IMG/VR virus record: IMGVR_UViG_3300032212_000058
Span: 1 to 39,564 of that record
DNA from: a virus
Lineage: Duplodnaviria > Caudoviricetes
DNA: 39,564 nt
Direction: 5' to 3' (one strand)
The stretch's first letter is position 1; every line of letters begins with the position of its first letter. Positions 7,751-15,577 of this stretch are shown here, piece by piece. Position numbers and translations under genes: made by a program. The notes below the pieces were generated by a model that searched no databases, was not told where the DNA came from, and saw only the letters and a list, made by a program, of their open reading frames with translations.

Positions 7751-8683
7751 TTAGGCTTCTTCCCAATCCAATTCGTCCAGGCTGGTGCCTGTCGAGCTAG
7801 CAGCGGCCTCACGTGCCTCTTCCATCCAGGCATCGTCCTCGGGTTCATGGGCAACATCGCTCAGCGCATACTTGGCACGCAGATCATCCAGCGCCGTCAG
7901 CACTCGGTTGACCGACTGATTGCAGGCGTTTTTCAGATGAGTCGGGGCGTCTTGCCAGGTGAGGGTTTCGTGAATCACCACTTCCAACGCAAGCAGCTCG
8001 CCGATGCTATGCAGGGTTTTGCGCTCCAACCGTTGCGACAGATCACCGATGCGATCATCCAGCGGGGCGTTGTCGAGTTTGTGCAGGGCTTTATCTAGCT
8101 CGTTGATTTTATTGTCTTTATTTGCTAGTAACGCCTCGTGAGTCTCGCGTTCCTGACTCGCGTCATCACGGGCTGTGCGCAGGGCCTTCCGCAGTTCGTC
8201 GCGTGTCATGCGGTCGATTTCGTCCAGCGTAAGCCCAGCCAAGGTGCCTCCATTGGCCAGAGCTTCGAGATCATCATCCTCTTCGATCATGAGTTCGAGT
8301 AGTTTCGATTTGTCCAAATGCGACGCCAGCGTCGCATTTGACCCAGAAAACTTTACTGCCGCTTGCATCATTCGCTGAGCTGCTCTGGGATGAATGCCAA
8401 TCTGTTCTAATGCATGCGTGAACTCGCCATGCTGTTCGTGCTCCTTTAATACAATCAGCCGCTTACCTGCCTCCAACATAGCGTCGGCCGACTGCTGTAA
8501 ATAAAAGCGTGCCTCATTGATGAGGCGTTGCGGGTCATACGGCAGCCCATCACCATAGGTGGCGTCAATGGTGGCCAGGTGCTGGTGGTGTGCATCGGCG
8601 ACCTGGACATCTGCGGCGATAGTCTCGCCGTCGATGGTGGCGGTGGTGTCTTCTGCCGGTTTTTGTGTTGCTTTGCGAGCCAT
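7751..8683 (-). CDS. DUF3102-like phage protein
   Basis: EAGKRLIVLKEHEQHGEF...AQRMMQAA; upstream of the transposase as in B3-like phages. Confidence 0.75.
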   Translation of the reverse strand: MARKATQKPAEDTTATIDGETIAADVQVADAHHQHLATIDATYGDGLPYDPQRLINEARFYLQQSADAMLEAGKRLIVLKEHEQHGEFTHALEQIGIHPRAAQRMMQAAVKFSGSNATLASHLDKSKLLELMIEEDDDLEALANGGTLAGLTLDEIDRMTRDELRKALRTARDDASQERETHEALLANKDNKINELDKALHKLDNAPLDDRIGDLSQRLERKTLHSIGELLALEVVIHETLTWQDAPTHLKNACNQSVNRVLTALDDLRAKYALSDVAHEPEDDAWMEEAREAAASSTGTSLDELDWEEA

Positions 8684-8698
8684 GTGATTGATTCCTTA

Positions 8699-9007
8699 TT
8701 AATAGGGTGTGCGGTTGTAACGTTGGGTAACTTCGTCGACCTTGGCCTGGGCACGTTGCACGCCACTAAGCATGGCAACGCCGATTTGTGGCACCTTGGG
8801 CGACAGTCGCCAGCGGCCGCTGTCCTGTATCTGCTCAGCCAGCCCGGCCTCTTTCAGGTTGGCCAGATCGCGGGTGATGTTGCTGGGCATGGTGTTCAGC
8901 GCCTTGGCAATCTCACCCGGGGCCAGGCCGTTGACCTCATGCCCGGCCAGGCGCAGCAACACCTGCAAAACACGTTGCTGCGCACCATTGGTGTAACGTT
9001 CAGCCAT
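8699..9007 (-). CDS. IclR-type HTH DNA-binding protein
   Basis: GLAPGEIAKAL...ITRDLANLKEAGLAE...WRL; AGGAG RBS before ATG 9007. Confidence 0.8.
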   Translation of the reverse strand: MAERYTNGAQQRVLQVLLRLAGHEVNGLAPGEIAKALNTMPSNITRDLANLKEAGLAEQIQDSGRWRLSPKVPQIGVAMLSGVQRAQAKVDEVTQRYNRTPY

Positions 9008-9236
9008 TGATAAATGTCTCCTGATAGCGGTTGTCGAAATAGCCGTCCAACGGCAGTTCGTCATCGATTTGATCCAAACAAGGCAAGAGCCTGTCGGCCT
9101 CGGCCCAGCCCATTGCCCACCAGGCCGCTTCATCGCTGTTGACGGGATTGGGGTTGTCCAATAGCGTCTTGCCGTCCAGCCGCGCGTCGTAACCTTTCAG
9201 GTTTTGTTCGACATATGTTTCTTCTGTGGCGCTCAT
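9000..9236 (-). CDS. Small protein with Rmf-like motif
   Basis: GYDARLDG...NP...WWAMGWAEA. Confidence 0.6.
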   Translation of the reverse strand: MSATEETYVEQNLKGYDARLDGKTLLDNPNPVNSDEAAWWAMGWAEADRLLPCLDQIDDELPLDGYFDNRYQETFING

Positions 9237-9484
9237 GACTGAGTGCCTTTATTGGCATTAACAAAATCGGCCTCATGCTGAGCGCAGATATTCAGCAGAT
9301 CGCCCACGGTCATCCATTCCAGCGGCGTGCCAGTGTCGATGAGGCGGCACGCCAGACTGCGCTGGTATTGATAATTTCCTTTGGCGAAATCGCCAATTTT
9401 TTGCATAGCTTCTAATGTCGAAACGATGTTGTTGAGCGTGATAACAGGCACATCAAGCGGAATGCTGCTGGCGGTGGTGCTCAT
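9233..9484 (-). CDS. Hypothetical protein
   Basis: ATGA-coupled on both sides; AAGGAG RBS. Confidence 0.7.
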   Translation of the reverse strand: MSTTASSIPLDVPVITLNNIVSTLEAMQKIGDFAKGNYQYQRSLACRLIDTGTPLEWMTVGDLLNICAQHEADFVNANKGTQS

Positions 9485-9963
9485 AATTGATCTCCTTCTA
9501 GGTCTAGCTCAGGTTGGTTGGTTTTCTCCACGGTGCCGCGATGCCAGGCCAGAGACTCCATCACCCCAGTGATGGCAGCGATCGTCTCTTCCGCACTGGT
9601 GCGGCCTTCGTGAAACTTGATTAGGCTGGTGCTGGTTTCGTTCATCGCCAGCGACAGCTGAGTGATTTCCTGGTGAGTGGCCTTGCGGCCGGTGGGTACA
9701 TCTATCAGCAGTTTGTGACGGCGGTGAGCTTCATAATGAGTGATGAGGTCGATGCCGCAGGCGTTCTCAAAGGGATAGATAAGAATCCCTGGAATTCGCC
9801 CGGATTCAATCCACTTATAGATCATCCACTTGCTTTCGAGCCCCATCAGGTCGGCAATGTTGTCGATAGAGCGATTCAGGCGCTCTTTTGCATGACCTAC
9901 GCATAGCTCCATTGCGTGCCGGTAACTGATGGGGTGGACCTTCTTCCAACTTCTAGACGGCAT
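9481..9963 (-). CDS. Phage regulatory protein (HTH, CII-like)
   Basis: IADLMG...IYKWIESGRIP...FENACG; GGAGG RBS before ATG 9963. Confidence 0.7.
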   Translation of the reverse strand: MPSRSWKKVHPISYRHAMELCVGHAKERLNRSIDNIADLMGLESKWMIYKWIESGRIPGILIYPFENACGIDLITHYEAHRRHKLLIDVPTGRKATHQEITQLSLAMNETSTSLIKFHEGRTSAEETIAAITGVMESLAWHRGTVEKTNQPELDLEGDQL

Positions 9964-10085
9964 TGGAACGCCCCTCCGACTGCAAGCTGGTGACATTCCA
10001 AACAAAGCCGGATTTTGCTATTGTGCAAAGGTGTTGCAGAAACCTAAGCTGGAAGTACGTTAACAACCGCCAAAGGAGCCCTGTC

Positions 10086-10331
10086 ATGGCAATTGATCCG
10101 CACGATAAAGACCATAATGATCTCTGGTTGCAGCTAGCGCAGTTGCGCATTACGGTGACGACACAGGAGGCCATGATCAACATTCTCAGCGTGTTTCTGA
10201 TTGATCAGGGGCTTGATAAGCAACGTCTGATTGAATCGATTGAGACAATCGCGGGCAACGCTGACAGAGAGGGCAAGCCCCCTGTTGCCGAGCTAATGAG
10301 GGAATGGGTGACGTGTCTTGAAACTCTTTGA
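10086..10331 (+). CDS. Hypothetical protein antisense to the early operon
   Basis: AAAGGAG RBS before ATG 10086; 81 aa, helical-looking. Confidence 0.55.
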   Translation: MAIDPHDKDHNDLWLQLAQLRITVTTQEAMINILSVFLIDQGLDKQRLIESIETIAGNADREGKPPVAELMREWVTCLETL

Positions 10332-10464
10332 GGGCTCGATAGATATCGGCTCTATCAACCGTCATTTGGCCACTAATATGCTTATAGGCTTTCTGCGCCG
10401 TCCAGTTGTTACGAGAGGCTAGCTCATAAAATAGATTCGTTACTGATTGGTTATTGTTGTTCAT
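10186..10464 (-). CDS. Hypothetical protein
   Basis: AAGGAG RBS right after the ner stop; its 3' half overlaps the opposite-strand ORF. Confidence 0.5.
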   Translation of the reverse strand: MNNNNQSVTNLFYELASRNNWTAQKAYKHISGQMTVDRADIYRALKEFQDTSPIPSLARQQGACPLCQRCPRLSQSIQSDVAYQAPDQSETR

Positions 10465-10476
10465 GCGGCGGTCTCC

Positions 10477-10692
10477 TTAGGCGGCGGTTTTTGACTGGCG
10501 GTACCATTTTGGCCAGATCCGCTCAAGCGGCAGGCCGGTAACCTGAGAGATATAACGCTCGATCCGTTTGGAACGACCGTTACCAAAAATGACGAGGTGC
10601 ACAGCAGTACTGGAGACATTGAAACGTTTAGCGATCGCCGTTTGCGAGACGGACTTTTTGGCTAATGTAGCTTTTATGTCTATTGGGTCCAT
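10477..10692 (-). CDS. ner: Ner/Nlp-like (Cro-equivalent) regulator
   Basis: DIKATLAKK..SQTAIA...IS..TG...ERIWPKWY; first early gene, divergent from the repressor. Confidence 0.8.
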   Translation of the reverse strand: MDPIDIKATLAKKSVSQTAIAKRFNVSSTAVHLVIFGNGRSKRIERYISQVTGLPLERIWPKWYRQSKTAA

Positions 10693-10791
10693 GATTGGCC
10701 TTTTTTTAGGTTTGCTGTGCTTAAAAAACAAAATTGAATTGTTAATTTAAAATTGATTGTGGTGCATGAATATGCACCTGTCAAGGATTCT
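10693..10791. promoter_or_regulatory. Divergent immunity switch region with operator-like inverted repeat GGTGCAT-gaat-ATGCACC (10761-10778)
   Basis: AT-rich spacer between ner and the repressor, containing a 7-bp-arm palindrome. Confidence 0.65.
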
Positions 10792-11196
10792 ATGGAAAAA
10801 AGTGCGCAGATAAACACCTTTGGTCCTAGGCTTCGGGAGGAGCGCGATCGTTTGCGTCTAAATCAGACTGACTTTGGAGCTGCCGGCGGTATTAAAAAAC
10901 GAGCCCAAATCAATTATGAAAAAGGTGAGGGAGCGCCTACTCCAGACTATTGGGTAGGGATCACCAAAATAGGTGCTGATATCCAATACATTTTGACGGG
11001 GGTCAGATCGTGCAATCTAAATCATGTCGCTGAAGAGGCGGCTGGATATCAATCCCGCGGGGGTGGGAGCGTATCGCAGGAAGAGAAAGGTATCATTCAG
11101 ATGTACCGGGAACTCAGGCCTGCGGACCGCACCCATGCAAGGGCGGTTATTGATGCGCTTGCATGCAAAAACTTGAAAAAGGATGAGACGGGTTAG
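10792..11196 (+). CDS. XRE-family phage repressor (cI-like)
   Basis: RLREERDRLRLNQTDFG...AQINYEKG...GADIQYILTG. Confidence 0.88.
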   Translation: MEKSAQINTFGPRLREERDRLRLNQTDFGAAGGIKKRAQINYEKGEGAPTPDYWVGITKIGADIQYILTGVRSCNLNHVAEEAAGYQSRGGGSVSQEEKGIIQMYRELRPADRTHARAVIDALACKNLKKDETG

Positions 11197-11289
11197 CCTG
11201 TACCAAATGCGCCAGCGCTGGCACATTAGGATGAGCTTAAAGCGGCCAACGTTGGCCGTTATGGATCAACAAATAATAACGGGGGTTAA

Positions 11290-11625
11290 ATGAAAAAGAT
11301 CGCAATGTTGTTGCTAGCGTCTATGTTGACGGGCTGCGTAATGTTAAACGGCGTACCAACCTACGTCCCAATTCATGACGACTTCATTACATTGGTGGAG
11401 GCTGATGTTGATATCGGTGGGCAAACACTTTTTAAAGGGCAAAAGCTAGACCATTACAATATTGACGGTGCGGATGCATATTGTTCACGACTAGTGTCGT
11501 CAAATCTAAATTTATATCGTTGCTTTTTAGTCGATGGAGATCAGCTTACGACCGGCTTGCATCCCATGACGAGTGAGTGGCGACCGTTGTCACGTAATGT
11601 TCCGATCATAAAGCAGACAAACTAA
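11290..11625 (+). CDS. Lipoprotein (moron)
   Basis: Signal peptide with lipobox MKKIAMLLLASMLTG-C. Confidence 0.8.
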   Translation: MKKIAMLLLASMLTGCVMLNGVPTYVPIHDDFITLVEADVDIGGQTLFKGQKLDHYNIDGADAYCSRLVSSNLNLYRCFLVDGDQLTTGLHPMTSEWRPLSRNVPIIKQTN

Positions 11626-11642
11626 CCACAATTTCCGCCAAC

Positions 11643-11792
11643 ATGAGAATCGAGAATACATTTGTAGCATCAATTCTTTGTGGTTTCCGTGGCCATCACT
11701 GGCGCTTTGTCCGTATCAGTATTGAAGGGGATAAGGTTTTTAAATGTCGTCGGTGTGGACAAGATAAAGTGGCACCATTTTTCCAGCATTAA
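11643..11792 (+). CDS. 49-aa putative zinc-binding peptide (DUF1660-like)
   Basis: Hand-translated: MRIENTFVASILCGFRGHHWRFVRISIEGDKVFKCRRCGQDKVAPFFQH. C-x4-H plus CxxC; weak RBS. Confidence 0.5.
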   Translation: MRIENTFVASILCGFRGHHWRFVRISIEGDKVFKCRRCGQDKVAPFFQH

Positions 11793-11840
11793 TTATATTG
11801 TAATTTTTTTCATTGAGGTATCCGTTATTTAGGGGGTTGT

Positions 11841-12791
11841 GTGGGCACTACTATTAAGAGAACTATAAATCTAAAAGCTGTTTATTTTAATTCCGGTAAG
11901 AGAAAAAATTTTAAGGCTCCAATAATCCAAGATGTATTGGAAAAATTCTGGACAAATTCATCGTCTGTCGCAGATACACTCCAACCTAGAGGTGGTGACG
12001 ATAACGTACGGCGGTGCTTTATTAATAAAGGGAAATCGTATGAGCAAGGATTTGGTTTTCAGTTTTGCTCATATTTGCCTGGTGAGTTTCCACCGTCATC
12101 AAGCTTGGATTTAAGTAAAAAAGCTGTGGATGTTGATGCTATTCCAATAGTGGATGAAGAAGGAAATCATCGGCAGATAATAAGCGTTGTGCATGTACTT
12201 GCTTTTGGTCACGCTTTAATTGTTGAAAGTGTCAAAGGTAGTGGAGGTATAGATGTATTGGAGCGATATCTTACCCGCATTGTCAAGCAGATATTAGATA
12301 CCCCAAATCATCCGGCTGTTCATTTGGTTGACCCTGCTCCTAAAGGGCTTCACCAATTAATTTCTCACGGAGGGGGTGTTGTGGGTGTTGATCTATTGCT
12401 GGCAGAGTCTAATGTCATAAAAGGCAGTAAGTATGCAAGCTCTTTGACTACTCTAAGAGATCAATTACCTGGAACAGATAAACTTTTTGTAAAATGGCAA
12501 AGCAGTACAATTTTAAATGTACAAGAGGTAGAGCAAGCATTTTCCGAAGCAGAACAGAATGATGCTCTTGATCGGGTCTCTGTATATTTAAGAAATGGTG
12601 ATACGGTTAGTTTGTCCAAGCATAGGATTAGGGCTCGTCCTGACGTTCAATCTGTCAATGGAAAAAACCCAGCCAGCAACGAGCTAATGAAAGAAATGCG
12701 GAATTTTATTATTGAATTGAAGTCACCCGATGAGGACGATGGCTTAACAATTTTGACGGAAGACGGTAGGCTAGCGAATGTCAATATATAG
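11841..12791 (+). CDS. Hypothetical soluble protein, AT-rich moron (candidate defence component)
   Basis: 316-aa ORF in an AT-rich segment, paired with a membrane protein. Confidence 0.8.
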   Translation: MGTTIKRTINLKAVYFNSGKRKNFKAPIIQDVLEKFWTNSSSVADTLQPRGGDDNVRRCFINKGKSYEQGFGFQFCSYLPGEFPPSSSLDLSKKAVDVDAIPIVDEEGNHRQIISVVHVLAFGHALIVESVKGSGGIDVLERYLTRIVKQILDTPNHPAVHLVDPAPKGLHQLISHGGGVVGVDLLLAESNVIKGSKYASSLTTLRDQLPGTDKLFVKWQSSTILNVQEVEQAFSEAEQNDALDRVSVYLRNGDTVSLSKHRIRARPDVQSVNGKNPASNELMKEMRNFIIELKSPDEDDGLTILTEDGRLANVNI

Positions 12792-12807
12792 GCCCATTAT
12801 TTAATTT

Positions 12808-13407
12808 ATGGCTATCAGAGATTATTTCCCGGATGAGTGGCTAGCCGCATTTGAAGCCTCTTCTAATCTTAAGAAAACGGCCAAAAAAACACCTCATGCA
12901 GTTTTTAAGCTGTTTATTGGGGTGTTGTTTCCTTTTCTTGGAGGATCAATAGCCGCTTTCTTTTTACAACTAAGAGTGAGTGAGAATTTTGTTGTTGGTG
13001 CGATTACAACGATAGGAATATTGCTTGGATTTTCTATGAGTTTAATGCTTTTCACTGGTAGAGGTTCAGGGGCTGAGTCATTGAACTATGATGAAGCAAA
13101 AGTTTATAGGGATAAAATAATATATTTATTATGGTCTCAAAGCCTAACCTTGATTAGTTATACAATGACACTTGCGCTTGGAATTATTTTGCTTTTGATT
13201 GGGGTTGATAAAGTTAGCCTCGCGGAAACAATAGCCCTATCAATGTTTATTGGTGCTTTAATCTTGTGTTTCGTTCGAACGGCAATGCTTCCATATCAAT
13301 TGATCGACATGCATACATTTAATCTTAAAATGCTTGTTGAAACTAAACAAAAACAACTAAAAAAAGAACTTGAGAAGCAAAAACGGGATCTGTCCCTTGA
13401 CGATTAG
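12808..13407 (+). CDS. Four-TM membrane protein, AT-rich moron
   Basis: Four hydrophobic stretches and a charged C-terminal tail. Confidence 0.8.
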   Translation: MAIRDYFPDEWLAAFEASSNLKKTAKKTPHAVFKLFIGVLFPFLGGSIAAFFLQLRVSENFVVGAITTIGILLGFSMSLMLFTGRGSGAESLNYDEAKVYRDKIIYLLWSQSLTLISYTMTLALGIILLLIGVDKVSLAETIALSMFIGALILCFVRTAMLPYQLIDMHTFNLKMLVETKQKQLKKELEKQKRDLSLDD

Positions 13408-13409
13408 CT

Positions 13410-13455
13410 TTTTTAAATCACTTTAATATTATTTGGCCTCTCTGCCCCCTAGTCT
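13410..13455 (+). promoter_or_regulatory. Putative activator-dependent late promoter 1 (lysis/packaging)
   Basis: TTTTTAAATCACTTTAA, then 23 nt, then -10-like TAGTCT; same architecture as 24614. Confidence 0.7.
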
Positions 13456-13462
13456 GGAGGGC

Positions 13463-13849
13463 ATGACTTCAACACTTCAGCTCAGTACTCATTTCCGGCG
13501 ACATGAATTTGCATGCCCTTGTGGTTGTGGTTTCAACACCATCGACGCCGAACTACTTTATGTTCTGGAATCTATTCGGGATCATTTCCAAACCCCTGTA
13601 ATCATCAACAGTGGTGCGCGGTGCATGCGGCATAATGTAAGCGTTGGCGGTGCGGCGCTTTCAAAACATACGCTTGGCCAGGCAGCAGACATTAGAGTCG
13701 GTGGCGCTGAACCCGACAAGGTGTTCGCGTGGCTGGATAAAACCTTCCCTGACTGTTACGGCATTGGCCGTTATGACACCTGGACGCATATTGATGTGCG
13801 CCCAAACAGATCACGTTGGGATAAACGAGAGGTGCGTCATGAGCTTTGA
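13463..13849 (+). CDS. Endolysin, peptidase M15 family
   Basis: EFACPCGCG, INSGARC..HN..VGGA..SKH..GQAADI, THIDVR; GGAGG RBS. Confidence 0.9.
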   Translation: MTSTLQLSTHFRRHEFACPCGCGFNTIDAELLYVLESIRDHFQTPVIINSGARCMRHNVSVGGAALSKHTLGQAADIRVGGAEPDKVFAWLDKTFPDCYGIGRYDTWTHIDVRPNRSRWDKREVRHEL

Positions 13850-14369
13850 CTGGAAAAAACTGGTACGTAAAGTGGCGCCCACGATCGGTGCGGCACTCGG
13901 CACTCCTGCCTCTGGTATGGCGATCAAGTTTCTTGCAGATAAATTCCTGGGCAATCCAGATGCAACTGAGATTGAGTTGGCTGGCGCCATTCAAAACTCA
14001 ACACCCGAACAGATACTGGCACTGAAACAGCTGGATCAGGACTTTGCCATCAAGATGAAAGAGTTGGATATCGATGTCTTCCGGCTTGAAACCGCCGATC
14101 GCCAGAATGCTCGCGAATTATTCAAGGTCAACATCTGGCCACAGGTCATTCTCTCAGGCCTGTTCGTGGTGGGTTATTTCTCCATTATGGGGTTGCTGGT
14201 GTGGATGCATGACACTCATTTTGATGATCGTGTGTTCGGCATTCTCAACACAGTCATCGGTGTGCTTACCGCTGCTATCCCAATGATTCTGCAATTTTGG
14301 TTTGGCTCCAGCACGGGATCAAAAGAGAAAGACCAGATAAAGGCACAGGAGTCTGCAAAGCGTGATTGA
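13839..14369 (+). CDS. Putative holin / lysis membrane protein
   Basis: VAPTIGAALG..., DRQNAR, two TM helices, FWFGSS motif; follows the endolysin. Confidence 0.7.
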   Translation: MSFDWKKLVRKVAPTIGAALGTPASGMAIKFLADKFLGNPDATEIELAGAIQNSTPEQILALKQLDQDFAIKMKELDIDVFRLETADRQNARELFKVNIWPQVILSGLFVVGYFSIMGLLVWMHDTHFDDRVFGILNTVIGVLTAAIPMILQFWFGSSTGSKEKDQIKAQESAKRD

Positions 14370-14718
14370 TGGAATTGATTGGAAGGTTGTGTCTGCGCTG
14401 GTCGGTGTTGTCATGGCCTGGAGTGTGGTGCTGTTTTGGGCGGTGAAGTGGTTGCTGGACGGGCATACAACGCACCTTGATGAAAAGTTTACCGCGCTGC
14501 AAAACGCAGCCAACAAAGAAGCCGAGCAGCTGCAACGGGTTGAAAAAGACTTGCTCAAGATGCAAGCAGAGCTACCTGAAAAATACGTGCGGCGTGAAGA
14601 CTGGATTCGATTCTCAGCAGTAATTGATGCCAAGCAGGACACCCTGAGCGAAAAGATTAGCCGTGTAGACATGACATTACAGCGTGTCGATGAGCGAATG
14701 AGACTGGAGAGTAAATAA
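14362..14718 (+). CDS. Membrane-anchored coiled-coil protein (Mu gp25-like position)
   Basis: N-terminal TM helix and LPEKYVRRED motif. Confidence 0.7.
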   Translation: MIDGIDWKVVSALVGVVMAWSVVLFWAVKWLLDGHTTHLDEKFTALQNAANKEAEQLQRVEKDLLKMQAELPEKYVRREDWIRFSAVIDAKQDTLSEKISRVDMTLQRVDERMRLESK

Positions 14719-15026
14719 TGGATCACGAACGTCTGAATCATGCCCGTTCCAAAATGATCCGTTATCGGATTCTGCGCATCCTGGATGTCGGCCGTCCATT
14801 GCCTGTCGGTGAGGGGCTTATCCAGGAGGTACTGGTCGATGCAGATCTTGAGGCAACGCAAACCGATGTGCGCAAGGCGATGCAATATTTAGCTGACAAG
14901 CGCTTTGTTGAAATCAATAAGCCACGTGGCATGCCGTACTGGGAAGGCCGCTTGCTTCCTGCCGGTGTTGACTACATCGAAAACCCCGAGCACGACGAGC
15001 CCGGCATTGCACGGCCACGGGTATAA
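14718..15026 (+). CDS. Mu gp26-like winged-helix protein
   Basis: R..ILRIL, YLADK, G.D, PGIARP; precedes the small terminase. Confidence 0.75.
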   Translation: MDHERLNHARSKMIRYRILRILDVGRPLPVGEGLIQEVLVDADLEATQTDVRKAMQYLADKRFVEINKPRGMPYWEGRLLPAGVDYIENPEHDEPGIARPRV

Positions 15027-15028
15027 AT

Positions 15029-15577
15029 ATGCCGCCCCGTTCATTCGTTCTCGACCTGCCGGAAGACCTGCGCAAAGACCTCAATGGTCTGCTCGTGTCT
15101 AAAGGCTTTGCCGATTATTCAGGTCTCGAAGCCTGGCTCAATCAAGAGCTGCAGGTGCGCGGCCTTGAGATACGGGTCTCGCGTTCGGCTATCCACCGCC
15201 ACGGTCAACAGTTCGAAGAAAAACTCGAGACGATGCGTATGGCCACCGAGCAGGCGAAGGCCATCGCCGAGGGCGCGAGTGATGACGAAGGCGCGATGAA
15301 CGAAGCGCTGATCCGTTTGGTGCAGACCAAAATGTTTGAAGCGTTGATGGATGTTGGATCCAAGGACGATCTGAGCAAGATCGGCGTTGCGATCGCACGC
15401 CTAAGCCGGGCATCTGTCACGCAGAAAAAATGGGCTGAGGAAGTTAAAACCAAACTGGAGGCGAAGAAACAAGCGGCAGCAGCGAAGGTGGATGCCATCA
15501 GCAAAACGCGCGGCCTGACCGCCGACGTGGCCGCGCAAATTCGTGCCGAAATTCTGGGGATTAATGTCGATGGATAA
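15029..15577 (+). CDS. Terminase small subunit (DUF3486 / Mu gp27-like)
   Basis: MPPRS...LP..LR, SRSAIHRHG, IRAEILG. Confidence 0.85.
   Translation: MPPRSFVLDLPEDLRKDLNGLLVSKGFADYSGLEAWLNQELQVRGLEIRVSRSAIHRHGQQFEEKLETMRMATEQAKAIAEGASDDEGAMNEALIRLVQTKMFEALMDVGSKDDLSKIGVAIARLSRASVTQKKWAEEVKTKLEAKKQAAAAKVDAISKTRGLTADVAAQIRAEILGINVDG

Noticed and set aside
11192-11830. GTTAGCC at the repressor stop and ACTAAC at the lipoprotein stop as a second cassette
   Set aside because: The boxes are not complementary, and I found no L''/L' arms or attC hairpin downstream.
13644-13838. N-terminal extension of the holin-like ORF
   Set aside because: It overlaps the endolysin; ATG 13839 has a GAGG RBS and gives a typical N-terminus.
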